Assembly: GCA_963666215.2 (NCBI GenBank)
Contig: CAXWPL010000001.1
Coordinates: 32,001 to 96,000, forward strand
DNA: 64,000 bases
Direction of reading: 5' to 3'
Source: Acidobacteriota bacterium
Lineage (GTDB): Bacteria > Acidobacteriota > UBA890 > WLXD01
Shown: one piece after another, positions 28,822 through 40,105 of the stretch
Layout: every line of letters starts with the position of its first letter
How positions within the stretch are numbered: the stretch's first letter is position 1
The notes under the pieces: generated by a model
What the model was told of the DNA's origin: nothing
Databases searched by the model: none
What the model saw: the letters and a program-made list of their open reading frames with translations, nothing else
Translations under genes and position numbers: made by a program

Positions 28822-29856
28822 CTACGGGGCTCCTGCCAGCCGGGCTCGATAGGCATCGCCGTTGTAGGCGTCGGGGTTGACGCAATTCGGCGCCGGGTTC
28901 CCAGCGAGCATTGCCAGTGCGTTGGCGGCCGCTTTGGTGGCCATGAGGTTGCGGGTGCCGCGCGTTGCGCTGCCCAGGTGGGGGAGTATGACAGCGTTGT
29001 CGAGCTCGGCGAGGCCGGGGGCCATTCCCGGCTCCTTTTCGTACACGTCGAGCCCGGCACCAGCGATCTGGCGATTGCGCAGCGCCACTACGAGGGCTGC
29101 CTCGTCGACAATCGGGCCGCGCGCCGCGTTGAGCAGGAACGACGTCGGCTTCATCAGCCCGAGCTCGCGCTCGCCGACCAGGTGCCGCGTCTCCTCGGAG
29201 AGCACCGTGTGGACCGTTACGAAATCGCTCGTCGTCAGGAGTGTGTCGAGGTCGGCCCATTCCACGAGATCCGACGCCGCGATCGCCTCGCGGGCGTACG
29301 GGTCGTAGGCGAGCACGCGCATGTCGAAGCCCAACGATCGCTTGGCCACCGCCTCGCCAATGCGGCCGTAGCCCAGAATTCCCAGAACCTTCTGCTGGTT
29401 GTCGCAACCCGGCCCGACGTCTTCGCCGAGCAGCAAGTTGGGTCCCCAAACCTTGTAGTGGCCGCCGCGCATGAAAGCGTCGCCAGGCACGATGTTGCGC
29501 GCCGCCGAAAGCAGAAGAGCCCATGTCAGGTCGGCTGTTGTGTCGGTGAGAACGCCTGGTGTGTTGCTGATGGGCACTCCGAGCTCGGTCGCAACCGGCA
29601 CATCCACGTTGTCGAAGCCAACTGCGTAGTTGGCTACCCCACGGAGGTAAGGATTGGCGCTCATGACCTCGCGGTTGATCGGCTCGGTCAGCAGGCTGAG
29701 CAGAACGTCGGCCCACTGCGCCCCCTCGATGACCTCTTCTCGCGACGGCTTGGCATCTTCCGGGCCCTCCCAAACTCTGACCTCGGCGCCGCCGTCGCGG
29801 AGCAGTTGCAGCCCAGCGTCGCGTATGCGCCGCGTAACGAATACCTTCCCCGACAT
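28822..29856 (-). CDS. D-2-hydroxyacid dehydrogenase (glyoxylate reductase/D-glycerate dehydrogenase type)
   Basis: AVGFDNVD, NTPGVLT, GYGRIG, NAARG, GLDVYEKEP, PHLGSAT. Confidence 0.93.
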   Translation of the reverse strand: MSGKVFVTRRIRDAGLQLLRDGGAEVRVWEGPEDAKPSREEVIEGAQWADVLLSLLTEPINREVMSANPYLRGVANYAVGFDNVDVPVATELGVPISNTPGVLTDTTADLTWALLLSAARNIVPGDAFMRGGHYKVWGPNLLLGEDVGPGCDNQQKVLGILGYGRIGEAVAKRSLGFDMRVLAYDPYAREAIAASDLVEWADLDTLLTTSDFVTVHTVLSEETRHLVGERELGLMKPTSFLLNAARGPIVDEAALVVALRNRQIAGAGLDVYEKEPGMAPGLAELDNAVILPHLGSATRGTRNLMATKAAANALAMLAGNPAPNCVNPDAYNGDAYRARLAGAP

Positions 29857-29951
29857 ACTCTCGACTCCTCGTAAGACGGCGCTGTGCGGCTGAAAGACGA
29901 AGGGCGCGCGCTGTGAAGATCCACCTTGATCCAGTGACTCGCGCGTGCGAG

Positions 29952-31253
<1,302 letters not shown>

Positions 31254-31433
31254 CGCGCTCTCTCCTTGATGCTCGCTGTGACGGCTTTCAGCGATCTTCC
31301 AGCGAGCGACCGCATAGACTAACATCGGCCCCGCCGGTGGCACAAAACGGGCCCTGGACATGTTCCTGAATCGCCCCATGGTCGTGCTCGCTGGTCGCTG
31401 TGGCGCCGCGACGATGCCGACTTCGGGCGGCTC

Positions 31434-31446
31434 GGGGGGGGGGGGG
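31434..31446. repeat. G13 homopolymer tract (intergenic)
   Basis: 13 consecutive G between the DUF2231-like gene stop and the aminotransferase upstream region. Confidence 0.9.
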
Positions 31447-31455
31447 TTCTCATTC

Positions 31456-31893
31456 TCATGGGCTTCCGGTGGCTACGCCCACGCCGTGCCGGAATACCAG
31501 CGAGCCACCGAAGAAGGCGCCGAGTAGCAGGACCGTGGCGCCGAACGCTGTCAGCAGCCAGTAGAGCTGCGCTCGGCGGGCCGGCGGCGCCCCTCCAGCG
31601 GCACCTCTCCAGGCGGCGCAGCAGCCGAAAACCAGCGCGGTCGCAATTCCGAGATTTCGGTGCAGCACGACCATGGCGGCGGCGGCCGCTTCGAGGGGTT
31701 GTTCGGTGGCGACTGACGCGGCCGAGTAGCCCGATAGAACAGACAGCGCTGCTGCGGTCGCGCCGAAGTAAAGCGTCCACGTGGCGACGACACGCAGCTC
31801 GGGCTCCTCGCCGATGCTGGCCAGCAGATCGCAGGTGACCGAGGTGATCAACAGGGCAACGGCGAAGTCGACGACGAGGGTGTGCGGAGCCAT
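31456..31893 (-). CDS. DUF2231-like membrane protein
   Basis: Four TM segments; PHTLVVDFAVAL, HRNLG, GGSLVFRHGVGV. Confidence 0.72.
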   Translation of the reverse strand: MAPHTLVVDFAVALLITSVTCDLLASIGEEPELRVVATWTLYFGATAAALSVLSGYSAASVATEQPLEAAAAAMVVLHRNLGIATALVFGCCAAWRGAAGGAPPARRAQLYWLLTAFGATVLLLGAFFGGSLVFRHGVGVATGSP

Positions 31894-31997
31894 GGTCGGG
31901 ATTCTATGGTTCGGATCCCATCGATGCTCGTGGTGGCTCCCACTCCGCGCGCTGCGGTTCACGATGGAGACGGCTCGATCTGCTACGCTGCCGCGCC

Positions 31998-32126
31998 ATG
32001 CGCGTCGGCTGGTTGATCGTTCTGATCATCGCGGCGTTTCCGCTCATCGTGGCCGGAAACGCGATCTACGTCTTATTTGTACGCGATCGCGATAGCCGCA
32101 GCACGTCACCGGCGAGCCGCCGATGA
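31998..32126 (+). CDS. 42-aa single-TM protein coupled to the symporter (not in ORF track)
   Basis: MRVGWLIVLIIAAFPLIVAGNAIYVLFVRDRDSRSTSPASRR; ATGA overlap with the next gene. Confidence 0.65.
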   Translation: MRVGWLIVLIIAAFPLIVAGNAIYVLFVRDRDSRSTSPASRR

Positions 32127-33601
32127 GCTGGCTGAGCGCCAACGCACTACCTCTGCTCGTGCTCGGCGGCTACATGTGTGTGGTCATGGTCCACGGCTGG
32201 CACGGCCATCGCAGCACCAAGGGCCTCACCGACTACACCATCGGCGGGCGCGCGATGGGGGGCGGCACGCTGGCGCTTTCTTTCTACGCCACCTACTTTT
32301 CGACCAACAGCTTTGTGGGGTTCGCTGGCAAATCGTTCGATGTCGGGTTCGCTTGGCTGGGCATGGGATTGATCTTGCTCGCCTTCGCGGTGGTCTCGTG
32401 GCACGTCGTCGCGCCTCGCCTGCGCGCCGACAGCGAGCGACATGACGCGCTTACGGTCGCCGACTACCTCGCCTGCCACTACCGTTCCGACACCGTTCGT
32501 TGGGTCGCGGCCGTTGTCGTGTTGTTCTCGTCGCTGATCTACATGACTGCGATCTTCAAGGGTGCCGGGAACACGATTGAGGCTTTCCTGGGGCTGCAGT
32601 ATGAGATCGCCATCCTGCTCGTCCTGATCATCGTCGTTCTCTACACTGCCTTCGGAGGTTTCATCTCCGTCGTCCAGACGGACGCTTTCCAGGGCGGACT
32701 CATGCTTGTGAGCGGTGTCTACATGCTCTACGCCGTCCTGCGCGCCGGGGGCGGCCTGACGTCGTTGCTGGAGCGTGTGGGTTCGACGCCCGGAACAGCG
32801 CCGGACGGTCGCGCCTTGGGGGAGGCGTTACTGGCCAGCAGCGGCACGATGACCTGGCCTGTTCTTCTCGGCGTGGCCTGTGCCGGTGGGGCCAAGTTCC
32901 TCGTTGAGCCGCGTCAACTGATGCGCTTCTTCGCCTTGCGCGACGATGCTGCGCTGCGCCGGGCCATGATCCTGGCGCCGGCGGCGATTGGCCTCTCGTA
33001 CCTCTGTTTGCTGCCCCTCGGCGTGCTCGCGCGCGGCCTACTCGCGCCGGGCGTCGTAACCGATACCGACCGCGTGATCCCCGCTCTGCTCACCGACCCC
33101 AGCGTCGTTGCGCCGCTTGCCGGGGCGATCATCTTGACCACGCTGATCGCGGCGGCCATGTCGTCGCTCGATTCCGTCCTGCTGGTTGTGGCCGCGACTT
33201 TCCAGCGCGACGTCGTCGAAGTGGCTCGCGGTCGTGTACCCGACGCTACCGCTCTGCGGCACTCGCGTTGGTACGTCGTGATCTTCGCGGTGGTGACGGC
33301 CGTCGTCGCCCTCAATCCTCCGGGCGATATTCTCTCGCTGACGATCTTCTCGGGAAGCCTGTACGCCGCCTGCTTCGGGCCACCGCTCTTTGGCGCCCTC
33401 TACCGTGCCGGGCCGACGGCAACAGGAGCGCTAGCGGCCATGATTACCGGTGTGATCGCCGTTCCGGTTTGGGCCAACTTCGCGCGCCGCGGGATCTTGG
33501 CCGACGTGCACGAGATCTTCCCGGCGGTCGCTATCGCGACCACCGTCTACTTCCTTGCGCCCCGGGCAGGGGAGGCACGAGGCTCTGTGCCATCCCGCTA
33601 G
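32123..33601 (+). CDS. sodium:solute symporter (PutP/PanF-like)
   Basis: DYTIGGR, STNSFVGFAG, YTAFGGFISVVQTDAFQG, AAAMSSLDS; many TM segments. Confidence 0.92.
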   Translation: MSWLSANALPLLVLGGYMCVVMVHGWHGHRSTKGLTDYTIGGRAMGGGTLALSFYATYFSTNSFVGFAGKSFDVGFAWLGMGLILLAFAVVSWHVVAPRLRADSERHDALTVADYLACHYRSDTVRWVAAVVVLFSSLIYMTAIFKGAGNTIEAFLGLQYEIAILLVLIIVVLYTAFGGFISVVQTDAFQGGLMLVSGVYMLYAVLRAGGGLTSLLERVGSTPGTAPDGRALGEALLASSGTMTWPVLLGVACAGGAKFLVEPRQLMRFFALRDDAALRRAMILAPAAIGLSYLCLLPLGVLARGLLAPGVVTDTDRVIPALLTDPSVVAPLAGAIILTTLIAAAMSSLDSVLLVVAATFQRDVVEVARGRVPDATALRHSRWYVVIFAVVTAVVALNPPGDILSLTIFSGSLYAACFGPPLFGALYRAGPTATGALAAMITGVIAVPVWANFARRGILADVHEIFPAVAIATTVYFLAPRAGEARGSVPSR

Positions 33602-33632
33602 AGTCCCCGGGACTGATCCAACTGAGCTTTCG

Positions 33633-34028
33633 CTACTCGATTCCGAGCTTGGCCACGGCGTCGGTCGGATCGGCGACCTTGAAGATGCAGAGCGCCTTGG
33701 AGTTACCCGAGACTGCAGTGGCGTAGGCGTACTCGACGTTGATTCCCGCTTCCGCCAGATTGACGGCAACCTTGCCCAAGGCGCCGGGCTCGTCGGCGAC
33801 GTGGACGCCCAGCACGTCGACGGTAGAAAACGGGAGATCGGCCGACCGCAAGGCTTCTTCGCCACCCTCGACGTCCGACACGATCATCCTCACCACGCCG
33901 TACTCGCTTCCCTCCGACGTGGCCATCGCCCGTAGATCAATGCCATGGTTCTCGAGCGCGTTGCATAGCGTAGCGAGACGACCGGGGACATTCTCGAGAA
34001 AAACGCTGATCTGGCGCATGACGGGCAT
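33633..34028 (-). CDS. ACT domain pair protein
   Basis: QISVFLENVPGRL, DEPGALGKV, GINVEYAY. Confidence 0.88.
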   Translation of the reverse strand: MPVMRQISVFLENVPGRLATLCNALENHGIDLRAMATSEGSEYGVVRMIVSDVEGGEEALRSADLPFSTVDVLGVHVADEPGALGKVAVNLAEAGINVEYAYATAVSGNSKALCIFKVADPTDAVAKLGIE

Positions 34029-34049
34029 CGGTGGCAACGACTCCTTGGC

Positions 34050-34757
34050 TTACTCGGTTTGTTGATGGGTGTTGGCTGAGTCGGTCGCCGCCTCTGAGCG
34101 GCGATCGGCGACTTCGACGAAAACTCCCGCGGCCGCGACCGTACCGACGTGGTGCGTGTTGCCGCCGACCTCCACCGTGATCGGACCGTCGTGCGTGCCT
34201 TTCGCAGTCACCGCGATCGGCGCGTCGGGCTTGATGCCCACATCGTGGTAGAACCGCAGCAATTCGGCATCGCGGTCGCGAACACGCCGCACAATGCCGT
34301 GTTGGCCTGCGGCCAGCTCGACAAGAGTCGGCAGCTGCTCCTCCTGCATGCGGCCGTCGCGTCCCGGAATCGGTGCTCCATGCGGGTCGGTGCGCGGACG
34401 CTTCAACAGCTGGTCGAGTGCTTCGATAAAGCGGGCGCTCACGGCATGCTCGAGGCGCTCCGCCTCCTCGTGCACCTCGTCCCACGGGTACCCGAGAGCC
34501 TCGCTGAGAAAGCGCTCGATGAGGCGGTGGCGCCGAATCATGCGACGTGCCAGCCGCTCGCCGTCGTCGGTTAGCCGCGCACCACGATACGGCTCGTAGG
34601 TGATGAGGCCGAGCGTGTCGAGGCGTCGCATCATGTTGCTTACCGACGAAGGCCGGATTCCGAGGCGATCGGCGAGCGCCGATGTCTGAACCGCCTTGTC
34701 GTCGTCGGCAAGCTTGAAGATTGCTTTGATGTAGTCCTCGATCGACTGTGTCGACAT
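34050..34757 (-). CDS. DtxR/MntR-family metal-dependent regulator with FeoA-like domain
   Basis: EDYIKAIF, RRHRLIERFL, VHEEAERLEH, DPHGAPIP. Confidence 0.93.
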   Translation of the reverse strand: MSTQSIEDYIKAIFKLADDDKAVQTSALADRLGIRPSSVSNMMRRLDTLGLITYEPYRGARLTDDGERLARRMIRRHRLIERFLSEALGYPWDEVHEEAERLEHAVSARFIEALDQLLKRPRTDPHGAPIPGRDGRMQEEQLPTLVELAAGQHGIVRRVRDRDAELLRFYHDVGIKPDAPIAVTAKGTHDGPITVEVGGNTHHVGTVAAAGVFVEVADRRSEAATDSANTHQQTE

Positions 34758-34769
34758 CGGGCTGCTCTG

Positions 34770-36218
34770 CTATCCCGGGGGCGATGTGAAACTCCACCTG
34801 CCAGCGGCTTCGGCGAGCTCCGGTTCGTCGATGAGCGTCAGCCTACCATCGCGAAGGATTTCCTGTCCCGCCACCATGACGTGGCGAATCGCGCCGCGCG
34901 CGGCCATGGCGTTGACGATGTTGTGCAGCAGGGCCTCCGGATCCATATCGTGGTGCGGCAGTAGGGATAGATCGTTGGTGTCGACCACGACACAATCGGC
35001 CCAATAGCCTGGCGCCAGCCGCCCGACCTTCAGGCCGAGGACCTCGCCACCGTTCGAGGTGCCCATTTCGAGACAGTAGTTGGCGGTTTCGGCGCGATCA
35101 GCGGCGGCGGGGGTGACGACGTTCATGCGCAGCTTGTCGACTCGCTGCAGCCACTCGGCGAAGCGCATTTCCTGCCAGATGTTCACCTGGTGGTTGGCGC
35201 ATGGGCCGTCGCAGCCCAGCGCCACCGTGACTCCGGCAGCGATCATGGCGTCGATGTCGGTAATCCCGTCGCCGAGTGCCATGTTGCTGATCGGGTTGTA
35301 GGCGAGCTTGGCGCCCGCCTGGCCGAGCATCGCGATTTCTTCGCCGTCGAGCCACACGCCGTGCACCACGCACAAGCGCTCGGAGACGACGCCGAGCTTC
35401 TCGAGCACGCGACCGGGGGTCGTTCCGTAGTGCTGGCGCGCGAAGTCGACGTCGTGCGCTTCTTCCGCGATGTGGATCTGGAACGGTCGGTCGAGCTCGG
35501 CCGCTAGCTGAGCCGCCGCCGCGATGCCTTCCGCGGTGGCGCCGTGCAATGAGTGGGGGGCGATCGAGACCGTTACTGCCTGGTCGCTGCTGTACGTATC
35601 GCGAAGCTCACGAGTCGCTTCGATTGCGACGTCGGCGGGCTCGTAGAAGCGGCGTTGCCCGGCCTTGGCCGCGCGATCGTACAGGCAACGCAGCAAGTGG
35701 GTCCGTAACCCGACACGACGCGCAGCGGCGACCACGAGCCTCGAGTTCGTGTTGCCGCCCTCGGCGCAGCTCCCGGATACGGGATCTCGTGGTTCGTTGT
35801 GTACGTAGAAGAACTCGCCGACGGTGGTGACGCCGTTCTTCACCATCTCGGCGAAAGCCAGCGTCGAGCCCAGCTCGAGCTCTTCGGCGGTGATGTTCAG
35901 CGATAATGGGTAGAGGTAGTTGTCGACCCAGTCGCGAAAGTCGCTGGCGGCGTCGGAGCGGCCGCGCAACAGCACCTGGAACGCGTGACTGTGGGCGTTC
36001 ACCGCTCCCGGCACCAGCGCCCCCTCGTAGCGGATCTTCTCGGTTGCCGCGGGGCAGGACGGATCGTTTCGCGGACCCGCCCTGGCGATGCGACCGGCCT
36101 CGTCGACCCACAGCGCGCAGTCGCGTCGCAGCTTGCCGTCGATCAGGATGAGGTCGGCCGTGATCTCTCGTAGCCGCCGAGCGGCGTTGTGGTCGGGCTG
36201 CGGCCTGCTGCCGGTCAA
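34770..36218 (-). CDS. amidohydrolase-family deaminase (HutF/MtaD-like)
   Basis: NAHSHAFQ, APHSLH, HIAE, VHGVW, LGCDG; TTG start overlaps the pyk stop. Confidence 0.87.
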   Translation of the reverse strand: MTGSRPQPDHNAARRLREITADLILIDGKLRRDCALWVDEAGRIARAGPRNDPSCPAATEKIRYEGALVPGAVNAHSHAFQVLLRGRSDAASDFRDWVDNYLYPLSLNITAEELELGSTLAFAEMVKNGVTTVGEFFYVHNEPRDPVSGSCAEGGNTNSRLVVAAARRVGLRTHLLRCLYDRAAKAGQRRFYEPADVAIEATRELRDTYSSDQAVTVSIAPHSLHGATAEGIAAAAQLAAELDRPFQIHIAEEAHDVDFARQHYGTTPGRVLEKLGVVSERLCVVHGVWLDGEEIAMLGQAGAKLAYNPISNMALGDGITDIDAMIAAGVTVALGCDGPCANHQVNIWQEMRFAEWLQRVDKLRMNVVTPAAADRAETANYCLEMGTSNGGEVLGLKVGRLAPGYWADCVVVDTNDLSLLPHHDMDPEALLHNIVNAMAARGAIRHVMVAGQEILRDGRLTLIDEPELAEAAGRWSFTSPPG

Positions 36219-37738
36219 TCGGATGGCCCGGTGAACAGGCGGGGCTCGCCGATGGTCTCCTCGAGCCAGCTCGCCGTGCCGTCCACGATTCGCTCGCCGA
36301 TCTGTTTCACGGTCACCGTGTTGGTCGAGCCAGGTCCGCCCACCGGGAAGCCGGCCGTGATGACCACCAGGTCGTCCTCTTCCAGAAGGCCTGCGTCCAT
36401 CGCGGTCCGCTCGGCTTCGGCCAGCATCGCTTCGTGTGTGGGGACCTCGTGCCCCTGCAACGGCAGCACACCCCAGGTGAGCGTCAAGCGTCCGACGCTG
36501 ATGGGGTGAGTGCTGATCGCCAGGATGCGTTGCGTTGGCCGGAAAGAGGCGATCTTGATGGCGGTGCTCCCGGTTCGCGTGGGAATGAGCAGCGCGTCGG
36601 CGTTGAGGTGGCGTGCTACGAAGCAGGCGGCCGCCGCAACGGAGTCGGGGACCGATTGGCGCCTCTCCGGGGGCAGCGTGTGCGGTGCGGCGTTCTGCAT
36701 CATGTCGCGCTCGGTCGCCACACAAATGCGATGCATGATCCGCACCGTGGCCACCGGGTAGCTCCCCACGGCAGTTTCCTCCGAGAGCATCACGGCGTCG
36801 GTGCCGTCGTAGAGCGCATTGGCGACATCCGTGGTCTCGGCGCGCGTCGGCCGCTGCGCCGACACCATCGAGCGCAGCATCTGCGTGGCCGTGATCACCG
36901 GCTTGCCGGCGGCGTTGGCCAGTCGGATGATCCGTTTTTGCACCTGCGGGATCATCTCGAGTGGCATCGCGACGGCGAGGTCGCCGCGCGCCACCAGCAA
37001 CCCGTCGGACTCCTCGAGAATTGCCTCGAGCTGTTCCACGGCCTCCGGACGCTCGATCTTGGCGATCAGCGGCACGGAACCGCCACAGGCCAGGATCGCG
37101 TCACGCGCGGCGCGGATGTCCTCGCGGCTGCGCACGAACGACAGCGCGATGAAATCAACACCGATCTCGAGACCGATCTCGAGGGCAGCGCGGTCCTCAT
37201 CGGTCAGACCGGGGAAGTCGAGTGGGCGCATCGGAAGCGTCAGCCCCTTACGGCTCGAAAGAGGGCCCCCGGCGATGACTTCGCAGGTAATGAGCTCGGG
37301 GTCGGAATGGCGGACTTCCAGCTCGGCATCGCCGTCGCCAAGGACGATCCGGTCTCCCGGCCTGACCTGACTGGCGAGCTCGAGGTAATCGACCGACGCC
37401 TCGAGCGCGTTGCCGACCCTGTCACCCATATGTATTCGGAACGTCGATCCGGTGCGCAGTTCCACGGGCTCGCCGTCCGGCGAGGCGATCTCACCAACCC
37501 GGAGCTTGGGCCCTGGCAGGTCCTGGAGAATGCCGATGGGGCGCCCGTGCTCCTGGCTGATCTGGCGCAGCAGCTCCACCCGTTCCCGGTGCCAGGCCGG
37601 GCTTCCGTGCGAGAAATTCAGACGTGCGACGTCCATGCCGGCGGTTACGAGACTCTCGAGGCTCTCGCGCGACTCCGTGGCCGGGCCGATCGTGCACACG
37701 ATCTTCGTGCGGCGTGAACTGCGAATGCTTGGCTTCAA
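36215..37738 (-). CDS. pyk: pyruvate kinase
   Basis: RRTKIVCTIGPA, ARLNFSHG, IAKIE, VARGDL, ATQML, DAVMLSEETA. Confidence 0.96.
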   Translation of the reverse strand: MKPSIRSSRRTKIVCTIGPATESRESLESLVTAGMDVARLNFSHGSPAWHRERVELLRQISQEHGRPIGILQDLPGPKLRVGEIASPDGEPVELRTGSTFRIHMGDRVGNALEASVDYLELASQVRPGDRIVLGDGDAELEVRHSDPELITCEVIAGGPLSSRKGLTLPMRPLDFPGLTDEDRAALEIGLEIGVDFIALSFVRSREDIRAARDAILACGGSVPLIAKIERPEAVEQLEAILEESDGLLVARGDLAVAMPLEMIPQVQKRIIRLANAAGKPVITATQMLRSMVSAQRPTRAETTDVANALYDGTDAVMLSEETAVGSYPVATVRIMHRICVATERDMMQNAAPHTLPPERRQSVPDSVAAAACFVARHLNADALLIPTRTGSTAIKIASFRPTQRILAISTHPISVGRLTLTWGVLPLQGHEVPTHEAMLAEAERTAMDAGLLEEDDLVVITAGFPVGGPGSTNTVTVKQIGERIVDGTASWLEETIGEPRLFTGPSD

Positions 37739-38154
37739 TCCATGATCTCCGGGGCCGGGCCTAGCCCGTCGTGCGGCGCGGGGTCTTCTTCGATCCAGGG
37801 AAACTCGTAGGGCTCGAACATGTCGATCAGCTGCACCTTCACTCGCCGTGGGTAGTCGGGTGGCACGGCGAACCACACCCCCGCCATGTCGGGCCGCCCC
37901 GCCTGCACCTGCACCAGGCGCACCGTTCCTTGGAAGAAGTCTGCTCCTTCACGGGTGCCGAGCAGGGCGCTCAGCACGTCCCCGCCGAGCGTCTCTCCCC
38001 AGAGCCGCGCAATCTCGCGCATGACCGTTTTGAGGGCGAGCACAGTCTCCGGCAGCACTCGACAGGGACAGAATACGAGCCCATGTCCGCCGATCTCGAA
38101 CGGCCTCGTAAGCGCTTCGATGCGATCTGCAGTCCGACGGCTTATTCGCTCCAC
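37735..38154 (-). CDS. hypothetical protein
   Basis: Overlaps both neighbours within an apparent operon. Confidence 0.65.
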   Translation of the reverse strand: MERISRRTADRIEALTRPFEIGGHGLVFCPCRVLPETVLALKTVMREIARLWGETLGGDVLSALLGTREGADFFQGTVRLVQVQAGRPDMAGVWFAVPPDYPRRVKVQLIDMFEPYEFPWIEEDPAPHDGLGPAPEIMD

Positions 38155-38894
38155 GAAGTTGCCTCGGTAGCGGCGACCCGACGAGCCGGCGTGCTCGCGA
38201 GCCCGAGAAGTGTGCCGAGCTCGCGCGGATCGCTGATGGTGAAATCAGGAGTGTCCATGGGTGTTGCTGGCGCCATGCGGCTGAACTCGCCGCGGCGCAG
38301 CCAGACCGTTTTCATGCCGAGATGGTTGCCGCTGCGGATCTCACCCACCAACCGGTCGCCGACGCACACGCACCGTTCCGCTTCCAGGTCGTGCCCTTGC
38401 ATCAGATCGACGAACGCGGCGTCCTTGTCCTCGCCTTCGAGCGAGGAGACAAAGCGCATCTCGTCGAATCGCGAGCCAATATCGAGCTGCGCGATCTTGG
38501 CTCGCTGCGTTGCCGGATCGCCGGCGGTGACAAGAAACAGCCGGCACCTGCCTTCGAGTGTGTCGAGCAGCTGTGCGACGCCGGGAAGCGTGCGAATGGC
38601 CGGGACCTCGACAGTGAGGAAGGTCCGACGCCCGATCTCCGCCAGACGATCGACGTCCATATCGGATGCGCCGAAGTGCACGGCGGCGTTGCGAAAGTAG
38701 TCGAGTCCGCGTCCGGCCTGCGCCTGGCGGAGAAGGAACTGTTCGACCTCTGCGATTGCTCCGGGCATTCCGGCGTCGAGCAGTCGGCGGGCGGTAACCC
38801 GAAGCGCCGGATCAACGAGCACGCCCGAGGTATCGATGAGCGTGTCGTCGAGATCGAAGAAGATCGCGTCGATGCGCTCGAGATCGAGTGTCAT
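38142..38894 (-). CDS. HAD-family hydrolase
   Basis: FDLDDTL motif I; VGDRLVGEI motif IV. Confidence 0.88.
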   Translation of the reverse strand: MTLDLERIDAIFFDLDDTLIDTSGVLVDPALRVTARRLLDAGMPGAIAEVEQFLLRQAQAGRGLDYFRNAAVHFGASDMDVDRLAEIGRRTFLTVEVPAIRTLPGVAQLLDTLEGRCRLFLVTAGDPATQRAKIAQLDIGSRFDEMRFVSSLEGEDKDAAFVDLMQGHDLEAERCVCVGDRLVGEIRSGNHLGMKTVWLRRGEFSRMAPATPMDTPDFTISDPRELGTLLGLASTPARRVAATEATSWSE

Positions 38895-39186
38895 CGAGTA
38901 TTCGCCTCGTGACGGGCAGCTCGGCGAGGGGAGGCCGCGCGTGCCGGCGCGCCAACCCGAACGATCACCAGATCGATGGGTCGAATCCGCAGGGTCAATA
39001 GAGTCCATAGGATGCGGTCTGAGATGCGACACAGCAAACACATGTTCGCTTGCCCGCGCCTCGCCTAGGCTCGCTGCTCTCCGCTCGCGACTCGAGAGGC
39101 GGTAGCTGCGGCCGGTGGGGCCTGCCGCCCGACCTGACGACCTTCGGGGAGCCGCTGAGGGCACCCGAGAGAAGCCGCGAGTGGCC

Positions 39187-39816
39187 CTAGTATCCTTCGG
39201 GGGCCTCACCGCCGACGACAACCAGGCCGAAAGCGAGAGGGGCTTCACCGGATTGCGGGAGATCGACTCGCAGCACCCACAGGTCATCGACCCGCCCTAA
39301 CGCTGGCAGCTCAGTGGCGCTCACGTCGCTCGCCGGCCATAGCCCCCACACGAATGCGTGCGTGTTCAGCTCCAGTGCGGCGTCGAGGCCGTCGTCCTGG
39401 CTGATGGGCTCCGCGATGGTTGAATCGTCCAGCGGCACGAGGGCGGCGAAGTCGCGAAAGAACGTCATGCCCGCGTGCGCCCCGTCGAGTGACTGTTGCA
39501 GATAGCGGACGCCGTACAGCCCGGGCGGCACGCTCTGGCCGCGGTAGTCGTCGTGCTCACGATGGACCTGCATGACGCCGAGCAGCGAGCCGATCTCGAT
39601 CATCGGATAGCGCAGAAAGCCGCGCGCCGACTCCCCGGTAGAGGGCGGCAGTTGGCTAATCAGCCTCACGGTCAGAACATCTTCGTCGCCGTCGACCAGC
39701 GTCAGGGCGTCGCCGTCGAGCACCGCGGCGATGGCGTCGGGCAGCGCTTCGAGCGCCGCGGCATCGGCGCGCAGCGAAAAGTTCTCGGCGAGTGGCCTGA
39801 CTGGAAGAGAGGCCAC
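39187..39816 (-). pseudogene. probably 5'-truncated hypothetical exported protein
   Basis: Protein-like frame (YRGQSVPPGLYGVRY..DGAHAG..RDF) that begins abruptly at the junction with the Mo-subunit fragment. Confidence 0.5.
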
Positions 39817-39817
39817 G

Positions 39818-40105
39818 CTGGGCGTACGGAGAGCGCACCATCTTCCCGTAGCACATCTCCGGTCGGTTGATGTCGTAGCTGTAGCGCGCCGCGCCCGTCA
39901 CCTTTACGGAGCCGTCGATCCGCTGGATACGGGTCCCGATCAGGCGGCGTTCCTCGGGCCAAGACCACTGCCGTGGTTCGCCGGCTTCCTGGGCCCATGT
40001 GCGGGCTCGTTCGGTGATTGTTGCCGCGGCACCGGTCGGTTCGACCTTGCCGGCGTAGCGATCGCTACGTGGCACCGTGCCCGTCCCCTCGTTCGCTCGG
40101 CTCAT
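39818..40105 (-). pseudogene. N-terminal fragment of a xanthine-dehydrogenase-family molybdopterin subunit
   Basis: IGTRIQRIDGSVKVTGAARYSYDINRPEMCYGKMVRSPYA, then homology stops; ATGA-coupled to the 2Fe-2S gene. Confidence 0.8.
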
